From assembly GCA_010015805.1 (NCBI GenBank), contig ML978123.1, forward strand, positions 2,666,001 through 2,730,000: a stretch of DNA of 64,000 nt, given 5' to 3'. How positions within the stretch are numbered: position 1 is the first letter of the stretch; the number at the start of each line of letters is the position of its first letter. The notes below the pieces were generated by a model. It was given only the letters and a program-made list of their open reading frames with translations, had not been told where the DNA came from and did no database searches. Source of the stretch: Rhizodiscina lignyota. Taxonomy: Eukaryota. The translations under genes were made by a program, and so were the position numbers. This document shows positions 15,336 through 27,136 of this stretch, piece after piece.

Positions 15336-16385
15336 ATGCCCGTCTCACTGCTGCCCGCCTCGGCGGCTGCCTTCGCGCCCCGGACCACGCCGAATGTAGT
15401 GCTCAACTCAAAAGTGGAACCGTGGTTAACGCAAACGCTGAAGCGCATCAACCGGATCAAGCGCCCTCTGAACAGTGTCCCACAGCACTTCCGATGTCTC
15501 ACGGAGACGCTGTCAAGCGAGCGCGCAATCTGGACGCTATGCTCCATCATGCTCCCCAAGGCGCCCGACTCGGAACTGACCAGGGACACCAACCCGCTGG
15601 TGGAGGCTCTCTTCAACTATCAGCTCCTCCACATTGAGGCCTACGTCGTACATGTGGACATGGTATCGCAACATGAAGTCGCCTTCAAGCTGACCCAGGA
15701 TACCATCGACTCCCTGATTGAGTACCACAAGGACATCTACTCTATCGACGTTTCCGCCAGCACCTGGCCCTGGGCCGAGAAGGAAGTCCAATTGAAGAAG
15801 CTCCAAGAAGAATTCGTCCAGGCCGTCAACCGTTACGTCTTCCGAACGGGCGTGCGCGCTCTCGAGGGCCTTGAAGAGGATGGCGCTGGTGAGCTGCTCG
15901 ACGGTAGGAGCGAGGACGTGAAGAATGCCATCATGGGCCTCTTCCTCCCGCTCCTGCCTCCACCACCAAGGATTGTTGACGTTGTGCGCCCGCAAGCTCT
16001 GCTACCTAGCTCACCAGCTGGCGGCCACTTCTGGCACCCATCGCAACATATCGCCCCTCCTCATCCTCAGCCTGTCGAGTCTTGGAAAGTTCTCCCTTCC
16101 ACTCCCAGCCCAACTCTGGCGTCTTGCACGAGCGAGTCACAGCCTACTTTCTGGTCGACTATGGGCTTGAACGACCAGCTGCCTTCACCGACGCCTTCGT
16201 ACAGCCAGCCCTTTACGACCAGCCAGTATTACAGCCCTCCGCAGCCAACTGCCGCGGTCGTGTCGATGCCAATGTCCCACAGCTTAATCGCTCAACAGTG
16301 CGGCACTGCAGTCTCTGGTCCTGGATTTGGACCATTTGACTGGAGCAACAACAACTTCGCACCGACATATGCAACCGCGATATAG
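15336..16385 (+). CDS. Conserved fungal hypothetical protein (globular N-half, Pro/Ser/Gln-rich C-tail)
   Basis: Intronless 349-aa ORF with strong codon bias and a CT-rich leader. The N-terminus resembles uncharacterised Pezizomycotina proteins as I recall them. Confidence 0.85.
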   Translation: MPVSLLPASAAAFAPRTTPNVVLNSKVEPWLTQTLKRINRIKRPLNSVPQHFRCLTETLSSERAIWTLCSIMLPKAPDSELTRDTNPLVEALFNYQLLHIEAYVVHVDMVSQHEVAFKLTQDTIDSLIEYHKDIYSIDVSASTWPWAEKEVQLKKLQEEFVQAVNRYVFRTGVRALEGLEEDGAGELLDGRSEDVKNAIMGLFLPLLPPPPRIVDVVRPQALLPSSPAGGHFWHPSQHIAPPHPQPVESWKVLPSTPSPTLASCTSESQPTFWSTMGLNDQLPSPTPSYSQPFTTSQYYSPPQPTAAVVSMPMSHSLIAQQCGTAVSGPGFGPFDWSNNNFAPTYATAI

Positions 16386-18149
16386 GGCGACGCTCGAGTT
16401 TGAACCAGCTTACTCCACATACATGGCACGACCGGGTCGACGGGTTCTTCCACTTCTGTTCAGCCACGCACATTTTAATACCCACTTTTGAGGCCGGCAT
16501 AGACATTGCGACAAAAGCAAGAGAGACGAGACGAAGACACGAGATTCGCTTTGCATGAAGTGATGTTTCCTCAGCATCAAGCGCATTTACAGCATGCATC
16601 ATGGGACGGCGTTCTTTCTGACATTTAGCGACATCATTTCCTTGGATATCCTTTCCTTTGTGATTGCCGATTTAGCGAGCGCGTTTTTTTCTGGATTCCC
16701 GACCGCATATACACCAAACATTGGCTTGGACAGCCATACCTTCTTTCCTTGGAAGGATACGTTTTTTGCATACCTGGGAGGCTTTTCATATGTTTTTGTT
16801 TGGCATTTGTCTGCAAGATCGGAGGAATGGCCTCACGGCTCTGTTTTGAATCACCGGGGCGGGTACACTCGATTTTATCGTTTCCTAATGTCGTTCCTCA
16901 GGCGATTGCTCGCGATGATCTCGCAACTGAAGAACTGGCAAGCTTGGTTCCTTCGACCGCGACTTGTGGTCTCGCGCCATGGGCATCGCCTTCGTCTACC
17001 CGGTCTGGCAGAAACGCCGGCTGGATATACACTGGGAGACGAGACGACACGAACACCGACGCCGTCTGCGATGGCTGATCGGCTGTTCTTCCACATACTA
17101 CGACTGGGACCTGGGAGAGGTGGACACTACCGACATTGGAACGTCGCTTGCGACAATCCCATCAGCATGCTTTTGGGCGGTGGACGGAGACACGGTGTCC
17201 TACCGACACCAGGGACCAGAAACGGGTTGTGGAATACAGGCTCATCCTCTATGATGGATGCTGGGGCGGAACTCTGCGAGTTTCTGCAAATTGGCTCTGG
17301 GAGCTGGTCGACCAGGCCGATGTAAAGATGCTTCAGCTTGCTGAGCTCTTTAGATGTAGTAAATGTAATTCGATGCAATTGAAAAAACTTGCATAAAAAC
17401 AAGTTTTCTACATTCACTCTCGCGTGCCACGATTCTGCGTATGTTTGGTGCTGGTGGTGCCTCGGTCCTTCAGTCTCAGTGTCATGACGAGAGTGGAGTA
17501 CTAGTGCTGGGTCCTTAAATGTCGAGTTGTATTCGCCGTTTGCAGTAACCGCTGTGAGTGCTTGGGCGTTGCAACGGGCAGCGAAGGTACTTGTAAATCA
17601 GCTCATTCCAGTATTAAATACCTCTGTTGCTCTCAAACTGCCCTGAGCCGATGCGGAAGCCATTATTATCCTTCCACCTCACTCGCGCGGTCCGACACTT
17701 TAACCTGGTACGCTCGGCGAGTACAGCTGCGGCGAGGAAGCAGCGACAGCTCGTCAGTAGCACCCCCTCCCCTTTGAGCAAAACAGAGCGCATCCCACGC
17801 CCAAACGGCTCCGCTGAGCGTTGCAAGCTGCCAGGGCGTGTTTCACGGGCGCCTCTTCGGGGCAAAGTCGTCATCAAGCCAAGCGAGCAGGTTACAGTGA
17901 CAGCCCGCGCTCGTTGTCATATAAGGCCCGGCAGCACCAGCCAATCAGCGTCACGAGCGCCAGTCCAGCCTCTTTGTTCACTACTGCCCGCAACTGGACT
18001 ACGGCATCGAACTGCCCACCGACCCTTCGCATTCCCGCCGGCTCGACGACCTCGCCACCGCTCACAATCTGGCCTGAAGACAACCGCAGAAGGGCTGCTT
18101 GGGCGACATCGAGGAAGCAGTGGTCGTCCACTGCGTTGTGCGAAGGGCC

Positions 18150-20757
18150 ATGCCGCCAGGTACGCATTCCAGTTCGCCAGCCCTGCAGATCAGCATACGC
18201 AGCGCAGCTCCCCTCGCTATCGGACATCACTGACCAAACGCGAACAGCAAATTCACCGTCGCGCTCACCACTGCCTCTGGTACGTGCCCACCCCTCCTGG
18301 CAGGTTGTCTTGAAGCATCTCGGCCGCTGTCCGCCGCAGACGTCAACAAGTCACGCCCTACCAGCCGCATTCGACCCCAGCTAACCAGCACGCAACCCAC
18401 AGGACCCCAACATCTCCAGCGCCAGCTCGAGCGCATACCTCTCCGACCTGCGCCCGATAGACAGCATACGCGTGCCCGACCTCGCGTCGACGCTGCTGAG
18501 CAGTCACTCGCATCTCGACCCTGATTCCGCCGACGAAGCGAACGACGCCAACGTCAGTTTCCTGCGCACGCCGCTCGACCCGCAGGATGAGTGGCGCGCG
18601 CAGAACGCAGAGATGTGGGAGGAGCTGCAGCACCGGCAGCGGGAGAGGCAGCGGCAGAGGGAAAGTGTGAGGGAGCGGGTAGGCAGTGCGACGACCAGCT
18701 CCTTAGCTGGATTGGGTTTCACAGGCTCGGTTGAGGATCGGGCGAGGAGGGAGAGGTTGCAGCGGGTTCTGAATCGCTTGAATCGCATGCATGACTCTAA
18801 CTCTGGCTCTGGTGGTAATGCTCTCCCTGCACTGGGTAGCAGGGCGGATAGCTACGGCGAGAGGATCCCAAGAGAAAACAGTCTGTATGACTGGAGTCCG
18901 GCGGACGAGTCGCTGGCCGAGCAACAGAGGCAGACGGATACTGCTACTGAAAGAGAATCAGAGGACAATGATGACCTACAGAATTGGGTCGAGATTGAGC
19001 GAGCGGCCATTCCAATCTACACCCAGCTGCGACGAGAGCAGCCGAACATGGGTCTGGATGTACTGCGGAACTTTGCAAGAGCACAGGCCAGAGCACAAAT
19101 CCACCCAACCGACCAGGAACGACAGAGTGATTCGAACCCGAGACTCAGGGAAATCTCATTACTAAATAGACCCCGGAGCGGACACGGCGAGAGCGGCTCG
19201 GGCACTGCACTTCCATCAGAGTCGCTACGGAGTCAGGCTATGCTGCAGTCTGTCAGACGCCACGGAAGAGTCTCCGCGCGTTCGAGAGAGTTCATGCAGC
19301 GGTACATCATGGATCGCGAACGGTACGGCCACGACAGCGACGAGCGGGAACGATGGCATGATCAGCGAACGAGGGCGGCAGGCACAGCGACGAGCTTTCA
19401 TTCAACAATCGCTTCAAGTGACGATGTCTACGAGTTTTCGAGACGGGCATGGCAGTCCCAATCGCGGTCCTCGCTGGATCAGCCTGGAAGTGAGCGGGCG
19501 AGAGGAGCTTATCGACGCAGTTACCTAGAGCATCCGCCTAGAGAGCAACAGCGCGCTGATCCGCCGCCAGAGCCGTCGCTGTGGTTGCAGCAAGCTATCA
19601 CGTACATCGCCAAGCTCCGGGATTGCGTAGACTATGAAGACGCATTATCACATGCTGTAGACGCGGGCTTCGTCAACAAGGAATTCTTTGGTGAAGACCA
19701 AGATGACTTCTTGTGGGACCTGGACAGCGTTCCTAGGCCAGCAGAGACGAGTTGGCTAGCGCCAGGCGCTGTATTTGCCGGCAGCCAGCACGCAACTAAC
19801 GGTTATCCGCCGTGGCCACTGAGAAATAGAGAAACTGAGGGTCGCGAGACAGGATCAAGTATACCGAGGAGCTCTTGGCGCTCATTCGCACAAGCCAACG
19901 CAGAGGCCTACGCGGACTCACGCGCCAGAATGTGGGACCACAGAATCGGCCCACGTCCCAGAGAACTAGAGATAACAAACTCCACCAGCGATTCAACTCA
20001 TCGTAGAACCGGCGGCCCACCAGACAGATGGCCCGTCAAAGTCACCATCCATGCCGTAGACTACGACAACATGACCATAGCCGCCACCATGGAAGCCTAC
20101 AATGTCCCCAGCTACAACTCGAGTTATAGCAGCATCATCAGCACCGCAAACGCAAACGCCACCGCGCAGACCCTCGGCCTCTTCCGGAGGGACGATCAAG
20201 ACTCAACGATGACGAATACAGCACACCCCCCTATCCTCCCGCGCACATCGAGCATAACTACGTACCTCGAAGGCGAAATCTTAGACCTCACTACACATAC
20301 CTTCCGCACGGAATCCTACACGAGCCAGTTGACCACCGACGCAATGTACTGGCGCAAGCTCGAGCCGTTTGCGCATCTTACCAGCGACGACGATATGGTG
20401 CGCACCTTAGTTAGCCAGCGCCGTATGCGCGAGCTGGGGGAGAAGTACATCCTCATGCGGTGGAAGGAGCGCTGCTTCATTCCGAAATCCAACGCATCTT
20501 CTCGGCCACCCGCTAGTGTAAGTTCAAGGGAGAACGTGTGGGACGGCGCGCGACCTTGGATGAACAACGGGGATGGCGTGATGGCTGAGACGGGCGAGGG
20601 GTGCGGGCTCACGATCAGTGGGTTCTACTACGTCTGTTTGAGGAGGAGCGATGGTGCAGTGGAGGGACTCTATTGCGATCCCGAAAGTAGCCCGTACCAG
20701 CATCTGAGGCTGAGCAGAGTCGGAGGAGGTAATTTCCCCGTCTGGGGCTTCAGATAA
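18150..20757 (+). CDS. GID4/Vid24 (vacuolar import and degradation) domain protein with long N-terminal extension
   Basis: Exons 18150-18159, 18248-18279 and 18403-20757 splice in frame. C-terminal motifs TTYLEGEI, YWRKLEPF, YILMRWKERCF, GLTISGFYYVCL..DGAVEGLYCDP..SPYQHL. Confidence 0.88.
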
Positions 20758-21197
20758 GAGGGCAAGTGAAGGCGGCTGCAGAGGAAACAAAGCATATGGA
20801 GTTGGCATGGTTTGGCGCAGTTCGTGCATGGCGTTTGCTGAATGGCGCACAGTTTCGTGGCGCATTGCGGAACAAGTTAACATACAGGAAGGGACTTGGC
20901 TCTGCAAAGGATTTACAGGGAAATCATCACTAGATGTAGGTATGAGGAATCATCAATCAATATTGAGAGTACTACTTCATCCAAGTCTCTCGTCTTCCGT
21001 ATTCCTTTCAAGACTGTGCCTGCCGTCTCTGCGATGGAAGACGCTTTCGTTGGTCCTATGCAACAGAAGCGCTCTATCCAACTATCGTCTTCCGTATTCC
21101 TTCCAGAATGGCTGTTTCCAATGCGTAAGAGCTTTCGCCTATCCCATACAGCAGATGCGCTCTCATCCAGCTCTCCAGACGCTCGAAAGACAAGCGT

Positions 21198-22247
21198 TCA
21201 GTTCTGCGTCGACCACACGTAGAACTCACGAATCGCGCGCTCACACTTCTCTTCTTCAGTCAGCTGCATCTCATCTTCGACAGCGACTTGTCCGCTCACT
21301 TCTTCCGCCAGCTCCATCTTATCCTCGGCCGCGACCTGTCCGTTATCCGCTTCTTGCGCTGACTTAGGGAGGACTGACGCCGACTCGCCACAAGAGCTGG
21401 CATTCTTCTCCCTGTGCACATTCTCAACATTGCTCTCAACATTCCGATCACGTTCACGGGCAGGCGCTGTAGGCATTGTAGGTAGTGGATGCTCCAACTG
21501 CCGACGCAGCTCGTGCACGCTTACCTCGCCAACCCAGCGGTCCTCCCAGCCCTCGTCAATCGGCACAAGCTCCTCGACGCGCAACGCCACGAACTGCCAC
21601 ATGTTGCACCACTCGCCCTGTCCCTCCTTCCCGATCCAGCTCATCTCAATCCCCTGCTTCTTCCCCGGAATCGCAATCTCGACGCCCGGCCCCATGAACA
21701 AGTTGACCTGCAGCACCTGCCACGGGAACCAGTCGTCGTCGTCGACGCTGCGCATGTCGGCGTCGCGCTCGAGTATCAGCGTCGCGCGCTGCCGCGCCAG
21801 CTCGCCCGCGCCGTCCAGCGAGTGCACCTTCATGCGCATGTCGCCGACCAGCACGAGGTCGTCCTGGTCGCGGCTGCCCAGCGGGTGGAAGCGCCACAGG
21901 CTGAACTCCGAGTCGGTGCTGAGGCGCAGCACGCTGCGCTCGACGTGCTCGACGTGCTCCTCGTGGCCCTCCATCGCGCCGCTGTAGTCGCGGTACAGCT
22001 GCATGCGGTGCGTGACGAGCAGCTGCGTGTACTCGGCCGTCGGGAAGAGCGTGTCGATGCTCGTGGTGCCGTGGACGGCGCGCGAGAGGTCCGACTTTGC
22101 GTAGATCTGCTGCTCCGGGTGCGTGACGAAGGGGCAGCCCTCGTCGAGCTCGCGGCAGTGGTAGTGGTACTCGCCGCGCAGCTTGTTGAACAGCTGCAGC
22201 GCGGCCATGTGCCGGTCCGAGCGGCAGAGGAAGACTAGGTCTGTCAT
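21198..22247 (-). CDS. Hypothetical (orphan-like) protein, 349 aa
   Basis: Long ORF with extreme GC3 bias and an acidic C-terminal duplication (GQVAAEDKMELAEE / GQVAVEDEMQLTEE). No family recognised. Confidence 0.7.
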   Translation of the reverse strand: MTDLVFLCRSDRHMAALQLFNKLRGEYHYHCRELDEGCPFVTHPEQQIYAKSDLSRAVHGTTSIDTLFPTAEYTQLLVTHRMQLYRDYSGAMEGHEEHVEHVERSVLRLSTDSEFSLWRFHPLGSRDQDDLVLVGDMRMKVHSLDGAGELARQRATLILERDADMRSVDDDDWFPWQVLQVNLFMGPGVEIAIPGKKQGIEMSWIGKEGQGEWCNMWQFVALRVEELVPIDEGWEDRWVGEVSVHELRRQLEHPLPTMPTAPARERDRNVESNVENVHREKNASSCGESASVLPKSAQEADNGQVAAEDKMELAEEVSGQVAVEDEMQLTEEEKCERAIREFYVWSTQN

Positions 22248-23689
22248 ATTTTAAGAGTTTCGAGGTCTGGGATGCGGAGATGTGTTTCGTTCCTCACGAG
22301 GGGGACTTGTTCGTGAGGCTTCAGCGAAGTTGGTTGTTTAGGCTGGGAATGAGGAAGATTGTGGAAGCGGGAGAGGAGGAGGATGTGTTATGGTGGTGCC
22401 TGAGAGATTTGTTGTGATGGTGTCACTGCCATTGTTTGTGCCCGTGGTACTGGTGTTAAGCCGCACCAATGCGATCTTGGTTTCATTCCGTACTGACGGC
22501 CGGAAAGAACTATTGCCGCAAGAGGCCTGAATGGCGTTAAGAAAGCTAGAGACCTCTCATCGAACCTAAAGACAAGCAATATGTCCTTATGGATACCGTT
22601 CATATTGTCTTGCCTCTTTCCATTATGCGCGTGCATGCTCCAAACTCGATGCGCAATGATGCAACTTGGAAGACGGACCAAGGACAAATCGGATATTCTA
22701 ATGCATGCCCTCAACGCAGCTGTATGCCTGAGAAGGTCTGATGGGTCTACAAATTGTGCTTGAAGGCTGTGAGAAGTCCATTTCTGCTGCAAGTGGGCTG
22801 CAACTGCCGGAATCAAGAAATTGCGTCTGCATGAAGTGGCTACATGTGTGATATCAAATATCGCATTAGAGCAGTTTAATTAATTGGATACGCTTTCAGA
22901 CACTCTCTATTTTGCATGTTCTTTATTTCGCGCTAACTTTCCTCGGCAAGTCGGGGTTGCATGAAGTTTGGAAAGATCAATCGTGAAATCATCGACGCAC
23001 TTTCGGCATGCAAAGCATAGTCTGAATGTAGTTGGCATTTAATACAAGTGAAATTGTGAAGAGCAGTGAGTGAGCAGTATCCCATTCCATCGATAACGTC
23101 ATATGTGTATCTATGTACATGAAATTTTGTCTCATGAGTTGAGAAGCTTGGTGTATCAAGGTTGAGTTCGCAACTCCCCGTGCTGAAGAGGCAGCGATTG
23201 AGACCTTTGTTCACAGGATATCCGACCAAATATCATCTCTTGAGAGCTTTCCAAATCAATATCGAGAAGCCTTACCGTTAACTCATCCGCACCGACGTTC
23301 GCATGTGACATGTCACTGTCTCGTGTAAGACTCAGGTGGTTCGGCGACATCGTTTCGCTGTCCTCGAGAATGCCATCCCATTTCCCAAACTCTTCATCAC
23401 TTCCAATGTTCTTTTTAAATCTCCTGTTATCATCAATATGTCGCCAGCAGGCCGGTATCTTTGGCACATACCTCGTTGTATACGAACCGTTCTTCTTGGG
23501 ATCCTCATCAGTTTCGGGGCAGCACTGGCAGTACAGCCGCAAGTTCAATCACAAGTGCATATTTTATGACGGAGAGAAATAATTCTAGCTATCAGAGCCT
23601 GTGAAAGGGAAATGGAACGTACCTTCTTCGTGGCCGCAGCCAGAATCGACGACTCCTGCACCGCTGGTTTGTCGACATCATGTGTACCT

Positions 23690-24010
23690 AAGGCTCGTTC
23701 GTGCTCTGAGACTGACGAACAGCTCGAGGATCGTTCATGCTCTGAGACTGACGAAACAGCTCGAGGCTCGTTAGTACTCTGAAGCTGACGAAACGGCTCG
23801 AGGTTCGCGCCCTGTGACTAATGAAACGGCTCGAGGTTCGTGCCTTGAGGCCGACAAACAGCTCGAGGCTCATTAGTGCTCTGGGGCTGATGAAACGGCT
23901 CGAGGTTCGCGCTCCGAGACTAACGAAACGGCTCGAGGCTCGTTGGTACCCTGAGATTGACGAAACATCTCGAGGTTCGTCCGTACCTCTGGGCTCGTCC
24001 GTACCTTGGT
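23690..24010. repeat. Minisatellite of 32-37 bp units, each with a CTCGAG core
   Basis: CTCGAG at 23723, 23760, 23797, 23830, 23862, 23899, 23932 and 23969 within an approximate consensus GACTGACGAAACRGCTCGAGGYTCG(TTAG)TGCTCTGA. Confidence 0.92.
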
Positions 24011-25506
24011 ATGCACGTTTGTTCGCTGATGTTCCTGTAACACCTCCTCAGATGCAAAAGTGATAAGCAGCTTCAACAGATGAGCGCTAGAATCAGTAAT
24101 TGCACGAGAGACCCGATATCAGCCAAAGCCAGGCCGCTGTCGGCATCCGGGGGCGTTGGAAGTTCGAAGTCGTTCCAAGGTGCCAAGGTGTGCTGTCTCC
24201 TTTAAGTGCCTGACCGGGGCGGGGGCTCCCTGTGTACGAGGGCCTTTCTGGTCTGTGAGCGAAAGCAGTGCGAGTGAACTCCGGGGATCGGTGTCGGCTC
24301 AAGGATTGCAATCTAGTTAAAGTGAAGGCTGCCAATATGCGGCGCGTTTCATGTTGTTAGAGGTAGTCGGTATACGGCTGCTTTTGGTGTTTGGTGTTTG
24401 GTGTATGGTGTGTGGTGCTGCTTGAGTTCTCTCCGGAGGTCGAAGGCTTCTCCAAGTACTGTCAGTGTCGATCTCATCAACAACTTGGCTCGCTCTTCTG
24501 TTCTGGGATACTCCGTCCAGCCCGTTTGATGAATGGCTGCTCGGAGTCTAAAGTATGCGTTAGCTTTCAATAAGCTGCGGAGCAAACACAAATAGGATAA
24601 AAGAGGCTCTGATAGCTCGATAAAAGGAAATGAAGAAAGAAAACGAAAGACAAATGTGGTAAGACACAAATGTATCCTGTTGGGTTAGGGTGGGAAGGAG
24701 GAGGATCGAAAGTTGCCTGCGAGAGGATGTTAGCAAGGCAAACCTAAGAGGACGTTATGTTCATGATGTAATCCTGACCCCGTGTATGCAAAGAGACGTT
24801 ATCCTAAAGAATCCGTGGAGGGCGAGACTCGAATGGTGCCACAACTGCGAAACGACCATACGAGGTGTTAGTGGCCGGCAGTGAAGTTGGAAAAGGAGAT
24901 CGGGTGCATCGGAACACCTACAATGATATATATGGCAATAAATCTGATGTCCTGAGGCCGTGGATGCCGACGTGCTGCTGTTACTAATGGGGACAAAGTG
25001 ATTTGAGTGACTTATCTTGACTGTTCGCAAACCTTCCTCAAGCAGGCTTCCTCACGAGGCAGTGGGCATGTGAAGGGGAAAGTGCAAGGTGTGGGATGTC
25101 GCAAGTTATTAGAGGTCTTTGGGGGTTGATACTTACACATTACGATCCAGAAAAGGAGCCGAGGAAACCGAAAGCCGAAAACCGAAAACCGAGGCGCACG
25201 ATGCAGCCCAGCAGGAGAAAAAGGAGGTCGCAAGCGTAAATCCAGGATAACAAAGGAAAGAGTATATACGCGATTGTGACCCATCCATCGTCCATGTGAG
25301 CAAAATAGCTAGAGGTAGGAGGGTCCTCAGAACCCAGCCTCCTTTCGTAAAAGCGAATACGCGACACCATCCAAATATGGCAGCTCGTGATGCAGACGTA
25401 GAACGTCGCCGAAGTTCGAACCATATAAATGAGCTGCCATAGTAGAGGCGTTAATACAAAGTAGTTTGTTTTAGACGCTGGTTGTCGTCGTCGACATTGC
25501 TGGCTC

Positions 25507-25774
25507 TTAAGGCAGGACTGAGCGTGCTCCGGTTGTCAACCAGCCTGCGGAGCGAAAGCTGATGGGCTCGAAGATGTGATTGATTGGATCGTAGGTAAAG
25601 GCACTTGGTGATGGGATCGTAAAGGCACCTGATGACAAGATCGCAAAGGTACTTGGCGACAGGATCATAAAGGCACCCAATGACAAGATCATAAAGATAC
25701 CTGGTGATATCTGAGCCGTTGGCGCCAGCAGGTCTCCGGTAGAATTTGAGCGGCGTTTGTTTATTTTGCCGCAT
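25507..25774 (-). pseudogene. Frameshifted small gene with 24-bp / octapeptide tandem repeats (OCRE-like)
   Basis: GATC-anchored units at 25587, 25615, 25639, 25663 and 25687 (spacing 28, 24, 24, 24). A 4-bp insertion splits ORFs 25451-25774 and 25507-25692. Confidence 0.5.
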
Positions 25775-27136
25775 GTTCTTTGTTCAGAGGCTCACGCCCC
25801 GGACGCGTAGCCCTCGATGTTTTTTTGTTTTTGTTTTGTTGTGAGGCGTCGCGCAAACAAGCAGCGCTATGTGTGTAGTAAGCCGTTCGCTATAAAACAA
25901 ATTCTAATGACCTCTAATAGCTTGCGACATCAGTGCGAGGGAAGGGGAAGTGAAGTGGGAACGCGTGGTGGTGTTTTGTGCTGCGAGTTGGTGGAGGAAG
26001 TTGAAGAAAGGAAGAAGATCGAAGGAAGAGTGGAGAATTTATAATGTGCGGAGCGCGGCTACTCCCGCAGTTAGCGCCAATTAGCGCGAAAATCGCTTGG
26101 CAGACCTCTTCTCAGCATTTCGTGAGGGTCTTAATGAGTGTAGTGAGAGTCTGCCGTTCGCCCAGCTTGTCCAGCGACATGCGGTGACAGCACCACCTCG
26201 ACAACGATAATAAGCGGAATACTCACTTGCGAAGCAGCGCTTTAGAGGCCTCTCAAGCCTCACGTCATAAAACACCGAAAATTCCATCTTATCTGTTGTA
26301 TACGCAGCCACTCCACGTTATGACCTCCTTCGCTCTTGCAAGTATTGAAAGACAACCCACGAATATTGTATTGCGCATTAGCTATGTTTATAGATGCGAA
26401 GAAGAGGATTTATGAAAGATTATGCTGTGTGTTGGTACGGGTTTAAGACCTACAGAACAATATTATGGAGCACAATCTGGCGACTCCATTCATTATCTAT
26501 ACTAACCTCTCGCATTTGCTCTGAGAACGCGTACACGGAAGGACCTTCTGAGAGCAGTCGCAATTTACTTCAAAATATAATCAGGAAGATGAAAATGAAG
26601 GCTTGATATAGCACATTCGGCTCTATGTGATGATACGGCAATGGAATTAGGATGGGACTGGTCTCTTGTATTTGGGCGCAAAGTGGGGGACGTAATGATG
26701 TCAAGGACGCATTTGCGCTTCAATTATCTAGGAGGAGGCCATAAGATCACACTACCTGAAGTTTAAAGTGTCGTAGACATTTTCGTTAGGTGCGTGTGTA
26801 TATTGGAAGTGGTCGGTCATCGTCGACGAAGACAAACGACGTCGGAGTAAGTAAGTAGGAGTGACAATTTCCTAACTTGGAAGGTAAGCAACTTATCACG
26901 ATGCGTCCTCGATTTCCACGATCTCAACATCCTCGTCCTGTAGATCCTGGGAAGATTTCATACAACCAATTGCTTCGTAAATCAATTCTAAAAGTGATTT
27001 CGTCATCTGCTCCAAGTTACTCTTCATGTTCTGTAGAGATCAGTCCAAGAACACAAATGCGCTTCAGCACTCTTGATTGAATTTGCATCGTTTAATCCAA
27101 GAAAACAAATTTTTTCGTCAATTGAGTTTTGTAGCG

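Noticed and set aside
16594..17325. 243-aa ORF downstream of the 15336 gene
   Set aside because: UTR-like composition, no codon bias, no recognisable domain.
20915..21200. Frame stays open ~95 codons past the stop of the 21198-22247 ORF (readthrough?)
   Set aside because: The stop context is TGA ACG, not TGA CTA, and the extension has no recognisable features.
21489..22238. Long antisense ORFs (also 46035-46748, 30651-31511, 27940-28704, 10830-11549)
   Set aside because: Shadows of GC3-biased sense genes.
23690..24010. CRISPR-like appearance of regularly spaced ~35-bp units
   Set aside because: No unique spacers, no cas genes, and a eukaryotic context.
24682..24690. GGGTTAGGG as a telomeric or telomerase-template motif
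   Set aside because: A single 9-mer with no supporting context.
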